Assembly: GCA_037975885.1 (NCBI GenBank)
Contig: JBANFS010000005.1
Span: forward strand, 66,504-130,503
Origin: Bacteroidota bacterium
GTDB lineage: Bacteria; Bacteroidota; Bacteroidia; Chitinophagales; Chitinophagaceae
DNA length: 64,000 bases
Direction: 5' to 3'
This document shows, piece after piece, positions 9,206 through 19,608 of this stretch (positions within the stretch are counted from its first letter, which is position 1; each line of letters starts with the position of its first letter). The position numbers were made by a program, and so were the translations under genes. A model generated the notes under the pieces. It ran no database searches. It saw only the letters and a program-made list of their open reading frames with translations, and was not told the DNA's origin.

Positions 9206-11134
9206 ATGAAGATTAACCTTACAAGCCAAACACATACGCGTGCCTTAGGGTATGTATTTGTGTTTGGCTTTTTGTTTTTAATGGCATTTATACAGCCAGC
9301 GCCTAAAATGCCCTATAAAAAAGCGGGTTTAACGGAGCAGGAAGCTGCCTTACACTTACTTAACCGCTTTACGTTTGGTCCGAGGCCAGGTCAGGTTGAG
9401 GAAGTAGTGAAGCAAGGACTCGAAAACTGGTTTTTGGAACAGTTGCAACCTGCAAAAGACAACGAAACGGTTCGTGTAAAGCTTTCTAGCTATTCTGCCC
9501 TTGCCATGCCCACCGATTCTATTGTAAATACGTACTTGCAGCCTGCGCAACTTTTAAGACTTGCCATTGCAAAAGGATATATCGATAAAGACTCGGTAGA
9601 TAAAACAGATAGACCCGCTTATAGAGAAGCCCTCAAAAAACTCCAAGCCGATTATGGTTTTAGGCCACTACAAGAATTACAGCGCGAACTGATCAATCAA
9701 AAAGTAATTAGAGCGGTGTATAATGATGCGCAATTACAAGAAGTGCTAACTGATTTTTGGTTCAATCATTTTAATGTATCACTCACAAAAAATCAGGTGC
9801 AACAACTGGTGTTACCATACGAGCGTGATGCGATTAGGCCCAATGTTTTAAATAATTTTTCATCACTACTTTTTGCAACAGCAAAGCATCCGGCTATGCT
9901 ACTCTATTTAGACAATGCACTAAGCATCAGCAATGAAAATGAATATGCAAAGCGTCAATTAAAAGCAGCACAGCGATTACTTGATTTAAATGCTGCTAAA
10001 AAAATGCTCGCTGCTGCTAGTGTTTCTGAAGATTCTATGCAAAAAATGGATGCTATGGAAAATCAGATGACAACGCAAATTAAAAAAAGAAAATCCCAGG
10101 GGTTAAATGAAAACTATGCGCGCGAAGTAATGGAATTGCATACCCTTGGAGTGAATGGCGGATACACGCAATCTGATGTTACGGAACTAGCGCGCGCCTT
10201 AACAGGCTGGGGCGTTAAACCCATGTATGAAGAAGGACCACTTGCTAAAAGGTTTTCAAATATCCCGCCTGCACAACTTGCACGCAGGGGTTTGCAAGTA
10301 GAAGATTGTTTTTTATATAGTGCTGAAAAGCATGACGAAAATGCAAAAACAATTCTTGGAAAAACTTTTCCTGCAAATGGTGGTTACAACGAAGGTATGG
10401 AAGCGCTTGCTATGCTTGCATCACACCCTGCAACGGCGCGATTTATTGCTACCAAACTAGCTGCTAAATTTATAGCGGACGATCCACCAACAGCCGTTGT
10501 AGAAGAAATGACTAAGACATTTATAGCATCTAAAGGTGATATTAAAGAAGTGTTATTAACCATGGTCATGCATCCTGGTTTTTGGATCAAGGCCAAAGAA
10601 AAAGAAAAAATAAAATCTCCATTTGAACTTGCGGTGAGTGCAGTACGCGCAACGGGTACCGAAGTGGTAGCTCCCTATCAGGTGTTTGCCTGGTCCGAAA
10701 AAATGGGTCAAAAATTTTATTTTTATCAGGCGCCAACGGGCTTTCCGGATAGGGCAAATTTTTGGATCAACACAGGATCACTATTAAATAGAATGAATTT
10801 TGGAATGGCCCTTGCTGCGCAAAAAATACCTGGTTTAAAAACCAATTTATTAGCGCTCAATCAAAATCATGAGCCTGAAAGTGTAGAAGAAGCACTTCAA
10901 ATTTATACCAAACTACTATTACCGGTTGCCAATCAAAAAGAAAATTCGGAGCGTATTATGTCTATTGTGCGCGCACAAAATATCGATCAAAAAATTGCAT
11001 CCGCCACTAAAGACACCGGCGGTATGCAAGACATGCAAAAGGAATCCATATCTGATATGAATAATACACCATTAAAAAGTATGGCACAGGTGGTTGGTGT
11101 GATTATTGGTTCACCTGCGTTTCAGCGCAAATAA
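9206..11134 (+). CDS. DUF1800 family protein with N-terminal signal/anchor
   Basis: HLLNRFTFGPRPG, FWFNHFNV, HPAMLLYLDN, NENYAREVMELHTLG, ARALTGW and KIKSPFE motifs; hydrophobic N-terminus. Confidence 0.9.
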   Translation: MKINLTSQTHTRALGYVFVFGFLFLMAFIQPAPKMPYKKAGLTEQEAALHLLNRFTFGPRPGQVEEVVKQGLENWFLEQLQPAKDNETVRVKLSSYSALAMPTDSIVNTYLQPAQLLRLAIAKGYIDKDSVDKTDRPAYREALKKLQADYGFRPLQELQRELINQKVIRAVYNDAQLQEVLTDFWFNHFNVSLTKNQVQQLVLPYERDAIRPNVLNNFSSLLFATAKHPAMLLYLDNALSISNENEYAKRQLKAAQRLLDLNAAKKMLAAASVSEDSMQKMDAMENQMTTQIKKRKSQGLNENYAREVMELHTLGVNGGYTQSDVTELARALTGWGVKPMYEEGPLAKRFSNIPPAQLARRGLQVEDCFLYSAEKHDENAKTILGKTFPANGGYNEGMEALAMLASHPATARFIATKLAAKFIADDPPTAVVEEMTKTFIASKGDIKEVLLTMVMHPGFWIKAKEKEKIKSPFELAVSAVRATGTEVVAPYQVFAWSEKMGQKFYFYQAPTGFPDRANFWINTGSLLNRMNFGMALAAQKIPGLKTNLLALNQNHEPESVEEALQIYTKLLLPVANQKENSERIMSIVRAQNIDQKIASATKDTGGMQDMQKESISDMNNTPLKSMAQVVGVIIGSPAFQRK

Positions 11135-11138
11135 ATAA

Positions 11139-12401
11139 ATGAAAATGGCAAACAGAAGGGCTTTTATGAAATCGGGTGCGCTTGCATTATTTGCTACTGG
11201 CATAAGTGGGCTTCCCCGTTTTATAACAGAAGCAGCAGCGGGCACACAAATGCTACCGATGTATAAAAAAAATAAAACCTTGGTTTGTATTTTCCAGCGC
11301 GGTGCGATGGATGGCTTAATGGCTGTAACACCCTTTGCAGACCCTGCTTTACAACTTGCAAGGCCAGGTTTATTTATGCGTCCAACAGCTAGCGAAGGTG
11401 GTTTATTTAATTTGGACGACCGTTACGCTATGCACCCTTCACTAAAAAGTTTGTTTCCTTATTTTAATGCAAAAAATTTAGCGGTGGTGCATGGGGTGGG
11501 TAGCCCTAATACGACTAGAAGTCATTTTGATGCCCAGGATTATATGGAGTCGGGCACACCGTTTGCAAAAGGTACCGCAAGTGGTTGGCTTAATAGAGCA
11601 GTAGGTTTACTTAATCATGCACCTACGCCGTTTTCTGCGGTAAGTGTTACAAGTTCTTTACCGCGTAGTTTATATGGTGATGCGGATGCGATTGCTATCA
11701 ATAATTTACAAGATTTTTCGATCCAACTAAAAGGCAACCCAATGGCTGCTGGTAAAGCGGCAACTTCATTTGAAGAGCTTTACGATCAAACTGCAAACGA
11801 GCTACTCAATAAAACAGGTAAAGAAAGTTTTGAAGCACTCAAAATTTTAAAGTCAAACAATATCAAAAATTACCAGCCTGCAAATGGCGCGGTGTATCCA
11901 AACTCGGCACTTGGTAATTCTTTGAAACAAATTGCAACACTCATTAAAATGGATGTTGGATTAGAAGTAGGTTTTGCAGAGAGCGGTGGTTGGGATACGC
12001 ATTTTAACCAGGGTACAACAAACGGTATTTTTGCACGTAACCTAAAAGATTTTTCAGATAGTATTGCCGCGTTTTGGCAAGATCTTGGAGAACGCCACGA
12101 TGATGTTACGCTGATGACCATGACTGAATTTGGCCGAACCGTAGCGCAAAATGGAACCGGCGGAACCGATCATGGTAGAGCAAGCTGCCTATTTGTTTTA
12201 GGCAATGATGTGGCTGGCGGAAAAGTATACAGTAATATGGGAAGCCTTGCCAAAGAAAACCTCGAAGACAATAGAGACCTACCTGTTACCACCGATTTTA
12301 GAGCAGTGTTTAGTGCAGTTGCAGAAAATCACTTGCAGTTAAAAACAAATGGTAACTTATTTCCCGACTGGTCAGGTGATTCATTAAAAATGATGCTATA
12401 G
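11139..12401 (+). CDS. DUF1501 family protein with Tat signal peptide
   Basis: NRRAFMK twin-arginine motif; FQRGAMDGL, RSHFDAQ, GGWDTH, TEFGRT and GTDHG motifs; 4 nt after DUF1800. Confidence 0.9.
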   Translation: MKMANRRAFMKSGALALFATGISGLPRFITEAAAGTQMLPMYKKNKTLVCIFQRGAMDGLMAVTPFADPALQLARPGLFMRPTASEGGLFNLDDRYAMHPSLKSLFPYFNAKNLAVVHGVGSPNTTRSHFDAQDYMESGTPFAKGTASGWLNRAVGLLNHAPTPFSAVSVTSSLPRSLYGDADAIAINNLQDFSIQLKGNPMAAGKAATSFEELYDQTANELLNKTGKESFEALKILKSNNIKNYQPANGAVYPNSALGNSLKQIATLIKMDVGLEVGFAESGGWDTHFNQGTTNGIFARNLKDFSDSIAAFWQDLGERHDDVTLMTMTEFGRTVAQNGTGGTDHGRASCLFVLGNDVAGGKVYSNMGSLAKENLEDNRDLPVTTDFRAVFSAVAENHLQLKTNGNLFPDWSGDSLKMML

Positions 12402-14333
12402 TTTTCCGTTTTTAATTTCGTCTACAACAGCTGGATCTAATAGCGTACTTGTATCGCCTAAATTTTCTGTTTCCCCTTCTGCAATTTTGCGAAGAATACG
12501 GCGCATAATTTTACCACTTCTTGTTTTTGGAAGACCTGATACAAATTGTATTTTATCTGGTTTTGCAATCGCTCCAATAATCCGCGTAACGGTTTGTAAA
12601 ATATCTTTTCGTACAAGTTCACCAGTACCGTGTGTGTCCTGTGCATGCGATCCACCATATATTACATACGCATAAATGCCTTGCCCTTTTACGTCATGCG
12701 GATAACCAACCACAGCGCTCTCTACAACACCGGCGTGCATGTTAATGGCGTTTTCTACTTCGGCGGTTCCAATTCTATGACCACTTACATTGAGTACGTC
12801 GTCAACCCTTCCTGTAATTCTAAAAAATCCATCTTTATCTTTTAATGCACCATCGCCCGTAAAATACATATTCTCGTAAGTAGCAAAATAATTGGTTCTG
12901 CAACGCTCATGATCACCGTAGGTAGTGCGTAAAATAGATGGCCATGGCGATTTGATACAAAGGTTTCCAGAGATGGTTTCATCGCCTTCCGGGACTACTT
13001 CTTTACCGTTTTCATCTACCAGTATCATTTCGAGACCTGGCATGGGAAGTGTTGCCCAGCTTGGCTTTGCAGGCGTTATGCCCGCTAAATTTGAAATCAG
13101 ACAACCACCGGTTTCTGTTTGCCACCAAGTGTCTACGATAGGACAGCGGCCTTTGCCTACATTTTGATCATACCAGTGCCATGCTTCTTCGTTGATAGGT
13201 TCCCCAACGGTTCCTAATACTTCTAGTGACGATAAATTTTTTCCTTGAAGTGGACCTAAACCAAAACCCATTAAACTACGGATGGCTGTTGGCGCCGTGT
13301 ATAAAATATTGACTTTGTATTTATCTACTACATCCCAAAATCTTCCGGCGTCAGGCCAGGTAGGAATGCCTTCAAATAATAGTGTGGTAGCACCAGCGCT
13401 TAATGGTCCGTACACGATATAACTATGTCCTGTAATCCAACCAATGTCTGCGGTACAAAAATGAATTTGACCAGGCTTGTACTGAAATACATTTACAAAT
13501 GTGTAGTTGGTATACACCATATAACCACCGCAGGTATGCACCACGCCTTTTGGTTTTCCTGTAGAACCCGAAGTGTATAAAATAAATAAAGGATCTTCGG
13601 CGTCCATTTCTTCGGCTTCAATAAAACTGATTCCTTTTTCTTCTACTTGTTTCATTTCATCTTCCCACCAACAGTCGCGTCCTTTAATCATAGAAACTGG
13701 CGTGCGTGTGCGGGTTGCAACAATAACGCGCTTAACGGTTTTATTTCCAATGAGCGCATCATCAATCACTGATTTTAATGGAATGTCTTTAGCACCTCTG
13801 TATGCGCCATCACAAGTAACTATGAAGGCTGCATTTGCGTCTAATAAACGGTCTGCAATACTTTGTGCCGAAAATCCACCAAACACCACAGAGTGAATGG
13901 CGCCAATGCGGGCGCATGCAAGCACTGCAATAGCCAGTTCTGGAATCATACCCATGTAAATACAAACACGGTCACCTCTTTGAACGCCATTGTTTTTAAG
14001 TACTTGCGCAAACTGACAAACCTTTTCAAGGAGTTTGCTATAGGTGAGTACTCGACCCGCTTCATCAGGGGCATTGGGCTCCCAAATAAGTGCAGGTAAA
14101 TGTCCTTTGGTAGGAATATGTCTATCCAAACAGTTTTCGGTGATATTTAATTTACCACCTTTAAACCATTCTACTTTTGGTTCTTTAAAATTCCATTCAA
14201 GTGTAGTGTCCCATTTTTTACGCCATGTAAAATGTTCTGCAACCTCGCCCCAAAAAGCAGCAGGGTCCTCAATACTTTTTTTGTATGCTTCTTTATACGC
14301 GTCAAAACTTGTAAGCTGATAAGGATAGGTCAT
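12396..14333 (-). CDS. acs: Acetate--CoA ligase (AMP-forming acetyl-CoA synthetase)
   Basis: YTSGSTGKPKG, DTWWQTETG, GRVDDV and PKTRSGKIMRR (acetylated Lys) motifs. Confidence 0.97.
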   Translation of the reverse strand: MTYPYQLTSFDAYKEAYKKSIEDPAAFWGEVAEHFTWRKKWDTTLEWNFKEPKVEWFKGGKLNITENCLDRHIPTKGHLPALIWEPNAPDEAGRVLTYSKLLEKVCQFAQVLKNNGVQRGDRVCIYMGMIPELAIAVLACARIGAIHSVVFGGFSAQSIADRLLDANAAFIVTCDGAYRGAKDIPLKSVIDDALIGNKTVKRVIVATRTRTPVSMIKGRDCWWEDEMKQVEEKGISFIEAEEMDAEDPLFILYTSGSTGKPKGVVHTCGGYMVYTNYTFVNVFQYKPGQIHFCTADIGWITGHSYIVYGPLSAGATTLLFEGIPTWPDAGRFWDVVDKYKVNILYTAPTAIRSLMGFGLGPLQGKNLSSLEVLGTVGEPINEEAWHWYDQNVGKGRCPIVDTWWQTETGGCLISNLAGITPAKPSWATLPMPGLEMILVDENGKEVVPEGDETISGNLCIKSPWPSILRTTYGDHERCRTNYFATYENMYFTGDGALKDKDGFFRITGRVDDVLNVSGHRIGTAEVENAINMHAGVVESAVVGYPHDVKGQGIYAYVIYGGSHAQDTHGTGELVRKDILQTVTRIIGAIAKPDKIQFVSGLPKTRSGKIMRRILRKIAEGETENLGDTSTLLDPAVVDEIKNGKL

Positions 14334-14402
14334 GGCTTGTCGTTTGAAGTCATAAATATACGTTACTAACTATTTTATTATTCATTTATTACGCAAAGAA
14401 TT

Positions 14403-14424
14403 AATAAACGCTTGTTCGTTTATT
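14403..14424. promoter_or_regulatory. Perfect inverted repeat in the acs/MFS divergent promoter region (candidate operator)
   Basis: AATAAACG-cttgtt-CGTTTATT. Confidence 0.4.
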
Positions 14425-14487
14425 GAGGCGTAAAAAGTTGGAAAAATGCGTTGGTTGGCGTAAGTTGTTGCTACTATTGTTTAGCAC

Positions 14488-16014
14488 ATGAAAAAACAAA
14501 ATAAAATTTGGCAGGTGATTACTGCCTCGTCCCTTGGTACCTTAATTGAGTGGTACGATTTTTATATTTTTGGAAGCCTCGCTACCGTTATTGCGGGTCA
14601 GTTTTTTCCTAAAACAAATCCAACGGCGGCGCTTTTATCTACACTAGCCACTTTTGCTGCTGGTTTTATTGTAAGGCCTTTTGGTGCGCTTGTTTTTGGA
14701 AGACTAGGTGATTTGGTAGGCCGTAAGTATACTTTTTTATTAACACTTGTTTTGATGGGTGGATCAACATTTGCGATTGGGCTCGTGCCTAGTTACGAAT
14801 CTATTGGATTTGCAGCACCAATTATTGTATTAACGCTTCGTTTGCTGCAAGGCCTTGCGCTTGGTGGAGAATATGGCGGCGCTGCTACTTATGTGGCAGA
14901 GCATGCGCCTGCAGGAAGAAGGGGTTATTATACTTCATGGATTCAAACAACGGCAACACTTGGTTTATTTGTTTCATTAAGTGTGATTTTATTTACGCGC
15001 CATAGTTTAGATATTGACCCGGCTGTATCGATTGCAAAATTTAATGCATGGGGTTGGCGTATTCCGTTTTTGTTTTCAATTGTACTTGTGGGTGTTTCAA
15101 TTTATATCCGTTTAAAAATGCAGGAGTCTCCGCTGTTTTCTAAATTAAAATCGGAAGGTGCTATTTCTGTAAATCCACTCAAAGAAAGTTTTGGCCATAA
15201 AGAAAATTTAAAGATGGTTTTGCTGGCGCTTTTTGGTGCAACCATGGGACAAGGTGTGGTGTGGTATACCGGTCAATTTTATGCGCAATCATTTATTGAA
15301 AATGTTTGTAAAATAGATTTTGATCAGTCGCGTACCATTTTAATTTGGGCCATTTTATTTGGCACGCCGCTATTTGTGGTGTTTGGTTCTTGGAGCGATA
15401 AAATTGGTAGAAAATGGATTATGCTAGTGGGTATGTTTCTGGCTGTTATCACATATAAGCCTTTATTTAAAGGGCTTTTAGAGCTTTCAGATACGACCAC
15501 AAAAACCGAAGTGGTAGCTGCTGCAACTTCAAAAATTAATTCAGTTTCTATTCCTAATACACAAAATTTTGTACGAACAGCACTGTCCACAAAATCTTAC
15601 ACAGATGGCACCGTCGTAACCACCACTACCACCGATACTTTGTATGCAAATCCTGCACAAACAACAATAAAACCCGTTGTTAAAATAAGCAAAGTGCTTA
15701 CGAATGGCATTTATTGGAAAATGGTACTTATTGTATTTATCATGATTGTGTATGTAACCATGGTATACGGGCCTATCGCTGCATTTTTAGTAGAATTATT
15801 CCCAACAAAAATTAGGTATACCTCCATGTCATTACCCTATCATATTGGTAATGGTGTGTTTGGTGGCCTCACGCCTTTTATTGCAACATTACTCACAACT
15901 ATGTATACCGCAGATGCACTTGCTGGTCTTCAATACCCAATTATTGTAGCTGCCGTTTCTGTAATTATTGGCACCCTGTATCTCGATTCAAAAATTAACA
16001 CCAAACACGATTAA
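14488..16014 (+). CDS. MHS-family MFS transporter (metabolite:H+ symporter), probable carboxylate uptake
   Basis: GTLIEWYDFYIFG, RLGDLVGRK, RLLQGLALGGEYGGA, SDKIGRK and ELFPT.IRY motifs; divergent from acs. Confidence 0.88.
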   Translation: MKKQNKIWQVITASSLGTLIEWYDFYIFGSLATVIAGQFFPKTNPTAALLSTLATFAAGFIVRPFGALVFGRLGDLVGRKYTFLLTLVLMGGSTFAIGLVPSYESIGFAAPIIVLTLRLLQGLALGGEYGGAATYVAEHAPAGRRGYYTSWIQTTATLGLFVSLSVILFTRHSLDIDPAVSIAKFNAWGWRIPFLFSIVLVGVSIYIRLKMQESPLFSKLKSEGAISVNPLKESFGHKENLKMVLLALFGATMGQGVVWYTGQFYAQSFIENVCKIDFDQSRTILIWAILFGTPLFVVFGSWSDKIGRKWIMLVGMFLAVITYKPLFKGLLELSDTTTKTEVVAAATSKINSVSIPNTQNFVRTALSTKSYTDGTVVTTTTTDTLYANPAQTTIKPVVKISKVLTNGIYWKMVLIVFIMIVYVTMVYGPIAAFLVELFPTKIRYTSMSLPYHIGNGVFGGLTPFIATLLTTMYTADALAGLQYPIIVAAVSVIIGTLYLDSKINTKHD

Positions 16015-16025
16015 AAATATTTGCT

Positions 16026-16241
16026 ATGAATCAAATTAAAAAACTAGCTGGCATCATTTGGCTATTATTAGGTCCTGCAAGCATTTATTTTATAGTACGT
16101 GCGGCTGCGCATGAAGTTGCAATAAAACCTGGTGTCGATACGGTAATACAATGGGGTGTATTTGTAGTCATATTTATTCCCATAGCTATTGGCATGAGTA
16201 TTTTTGGCTACTATGCCATTAAAGGCGAATACAATCACTGA
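16026..16241 (+). CDS. Small two-TM membrane protein (DUF6814-like)
   Basis: 71 aa with two hydrophobic helices, 11 nt after the MFS gene; ends GYYAIKGEY. Confidence 0.7.
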   Translation: MNQIKKLAGIIWLLLGPASIYFIVRAAAHEVAIKPGVDTVIQWGVFVVIFIPIAIGMSIFGYYAIKGEYNH

Positions 16242-16291
16242 TTTTATAGATTGTTTATGAAAATGAAGTAGCCGGCTCTTACAAGAAATGA

Positions 16292-16299
16292 TATCTTTG
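16292..16299 (+). promoter_or_regulatory. -7 element (TATCTTTG) 4 nt before the gldA ATG
   Basis: Exact TAnnTTTG match. Confidence 0.55.
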
Positions 16300-16303
16300 T
16301 ATT

Positions 16304-17032
16304 ATGTCTATTGAGGTAAAAGAGGTAAGTAAAAACTACGGAACACAAAAAGCCGTGCAGTCCATCAGTTTTTCTGTGGCGCCAGGCGCTGTGGTTGGAT
16401 TTTTAGGCCCCAATGGTGCCGGGAAAAGCACGACACTCAAAATGATAGCCGGCTATTTAACCCCCGATGCTGGATCTATTACTGTTAACGGCATTGATGT
16501 GGTAAAAGATCCTATTGCAGCAAAAAAGCAAATAGGCTATTTAGCAGAAGCCAACCCGCTTTACTACGACATGTACGTTAAAGAATACCTCAGTTTTATT
16601 GGTAAAGTACACGGTATCCAAGGAGTATTAAATGCTGTAGCTAATTGCATCGACCTTACAGGCCTAGGTATCGAATCTCATAAAAAAATTGGTCAGTTAT
16701 CGAAGGGGTATAAGCAGCGTGTTGGTCTAGCAGCGGCGCTTATTCATAACCCATCCGTGTTGTTATTAGACGAGCCTACCTCCGGCCTTGATCCCAATCA
16801 AATTATCGAAATTAGAAACGTAATTAAGGAGCAAGGGCAGGTAAAAACGGTGCTCTTTTCGTCACATATACTGCAAGAAGTAGAAGCCATCTGTGTCAGC
16901 GCCTTGATTTTATCAAAAGGTCAAATTGTGGCCAACGACTTATTGTCTAATCTCCTTAATAACAAGAGCCAGAGCCTAGAATCTGTGTTTAAGTCCCTAA
17001 CAAGTGGCGCAGAAACGCCTATAAATGCTTAA
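16304..17032 (+). CDS. gldA: ABC transporter ATP-binding protein, GldA-like
   Basis: GPNGAGKST Walker A, LSKGYKQRVGLA signature, LLLDEPTSGLDPNQIIEIR, FSSHILQEVEA. Confidence 0.75.
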   Translation: MSIEVKEVSKNYGTQKAVQSISFSVAPGAVVGFLGPNGAGKSTTLKMIAGYLTPDAGSITVNGIDVVKDPIAAKKQIGYLAEANPLYYDMYVKEYLSFIGKVHGIQGVLNAVANCIDLTGLGIESHKKIGQLSKGYKQRVGLAAALIHNPSVLLLDEPTSGLDPNQIIEIRNVIKEQGQVKTVLFSSHILQEVEAICVSALILSKGQIVANDLLSNLLNNKSQSLESVFKSLTSGAETPINA

Positions 17033-17066
17033 ATTGCATCCTTAATAGCAAACTAATTAGTCATAA

Positions 17067-18374
<1,308 letters not shown>

Positions 18375-18385
18375 TTTTTACTACA

Positions 18386-18688
18386 ATGAAAAAAGTAACA
18401 TCCATACTAACCAATAAATACCTGCTTGCAGGCATATTTTTTATTGTATGGATGTTATTTTTTGACCAACGAAATTATTTTCAGCAAAAGGAAACCATGG
18501 CCGAACTTGATAAGTTGGAAACCAAAAAAAAGTATTACCAAGAGCAAATTGAAAAAGCCAAAGCCGAGCTTACCGATTTGCAAAATGATCCTGCTGCCCT
18601 CGAAAAATTTGCGCGCGAACGTTACCTCATGAAGCGCGATGGCGAAGACGTTTATATTATCGAAGATTCTTTAGCCCCCACAAAATAA
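18386..18688 (+). CDS. ftsB: Septum formation initiator FtsB/DivIC family
   Basis: TM helix, coiled coil and LEKFARERYLMKR.GE motif; directly after eno. Confidence 0.8.
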   Translation: MKKVTSILTNKYLLAGIFFIVWMLFFDQRNYFQQKETMAELDKLETKKKYYQEQIEKAKAELTDLQNDPAALEKFARERYLMKRDGEDVYIIEDSLAPTK

Positions 18689-18716
18689 AGCAGATCCTAT
18701 CTCGTTTATAAGTGGT

Positions 18717-18944
18717 ATGGAACCGTTTAAAGAGGAAGATTTGTTGTTGTATCTCTATAAGGAGTGCCCTAAGGCCACCTCTGATGCCATACATACTGCT
18801 TTAGAGGAAGGTAATTACTTGCTCGAAGAACAATTAAAAACCCTCCGCCGTTCTATTGCCCAGCTAAATGCTTTGGAGCTCAAAAGACCCTCTCTTTTTT
18901 CGCTTAAAGCGGTTAAAAATTATTCTAAAAAAGGATTGGACTAG
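18717..18944 (+). CDS. Hypothetical 75-aa protein resembling a stand-alone anti-sigma N-terminal helical domain
   Basis: In frame order between ftsB and nth; EDLLLYLYKE...I..AL......E.L..L pattern. Confidence 0.55.
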   Translation: MEPFKEEDLLLYLYKECPKATSDAIHTALEEGNYLLEEQLKTLRRSIAQLNALELKRPSLFSLKAVKNYSKKGLD

Positions 18945-18951
18945 TATTTCC

Positions 18952-19608
18952 ATGACTAAAAAAGAAAGATACGCCGGCGTCATTGCTTATTTTGAAGCGC
19001 AGGTTCCTATCGCGGAAACCGAGCTTATATACAATAATCCTTTTGAGCTATTAGTAGCCGTTATTTTATCGGCGCAGTGTACCGACAAACGCGTGAATCT
19101 TACCACACCTGCCATTTTTGCAAAATTTCCAACGCCACAAAAAATGGCAAAAGCTAGTTTTGACGAAATGTTTGCGCTCATAAAAAGCATTTCTTATCCA
19201 AGTAATAAGTCTAAACATTTAATTGGCATGGCTAATTTACTGCTGTCAAAATTTGGCGGCGAAGTGCCCATGACGGTAGATGAACTAGTGGAACTTCCAG
19301 GGGTGGGTAGAAAAACGGCTAACGTTATTACCAGTGTTATTGATCAGCAACCCAATATGGCCGTGGATACACACGTATTTAGGGTAAGTAAAAGACTGGG
19401 GCTTGTGGCACAAAAAGCGAGTACGCCCCTTGCCGTGGAAAAAGAACTCATAAAAAATATTCCTTCGGAACTGGTGCACAAAGCACACCACTGGCTAATA
19501 TTACATGGCAGGTATACCTGTTTAGCTAGGTCGCCAAAATGTGAAAACTGTGGCCTGCAAACAAATTGCCGATATTACAATACCAAGGTATTAAAAGTCA
19601 AATCCTAG
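18952..19608 (+). CDS. nth: Endonuclease III
   Basis: LVAVILSAQCTD, HhH motif LPGVGRKTA, VDTHVFR and C-x6-C-x2-C-x5-C [4Fe-4S] motif; start MTKKERY at 18952. Confidence 0.96.
   Translation: MTKKERYAGVIAYFEAQVPIAETELIYNNPFELLVAVILSAQCTDKRVNLTTPAIFAKFPTPQKMAKASFDEMFALIKSISYPSNKSKHLIGMANLLLSKFGGEVPMTVDELVELPGVGRKTANVITSVIDQQPNMAVDTHVFRVSKRLGLVAQKASTPLAVEKELIKNIPSELVHKAHHWLILHGRYTCLARSPKCENCGLQTNCRYYNTKVLKVKS

Noticed and set aside
18868-18951. 28-aa N-terminal extension of nth
   Set aside because: Overlaps the upstream 75-aa ORF; the conserved start MTKKERY has an ATG at 18952
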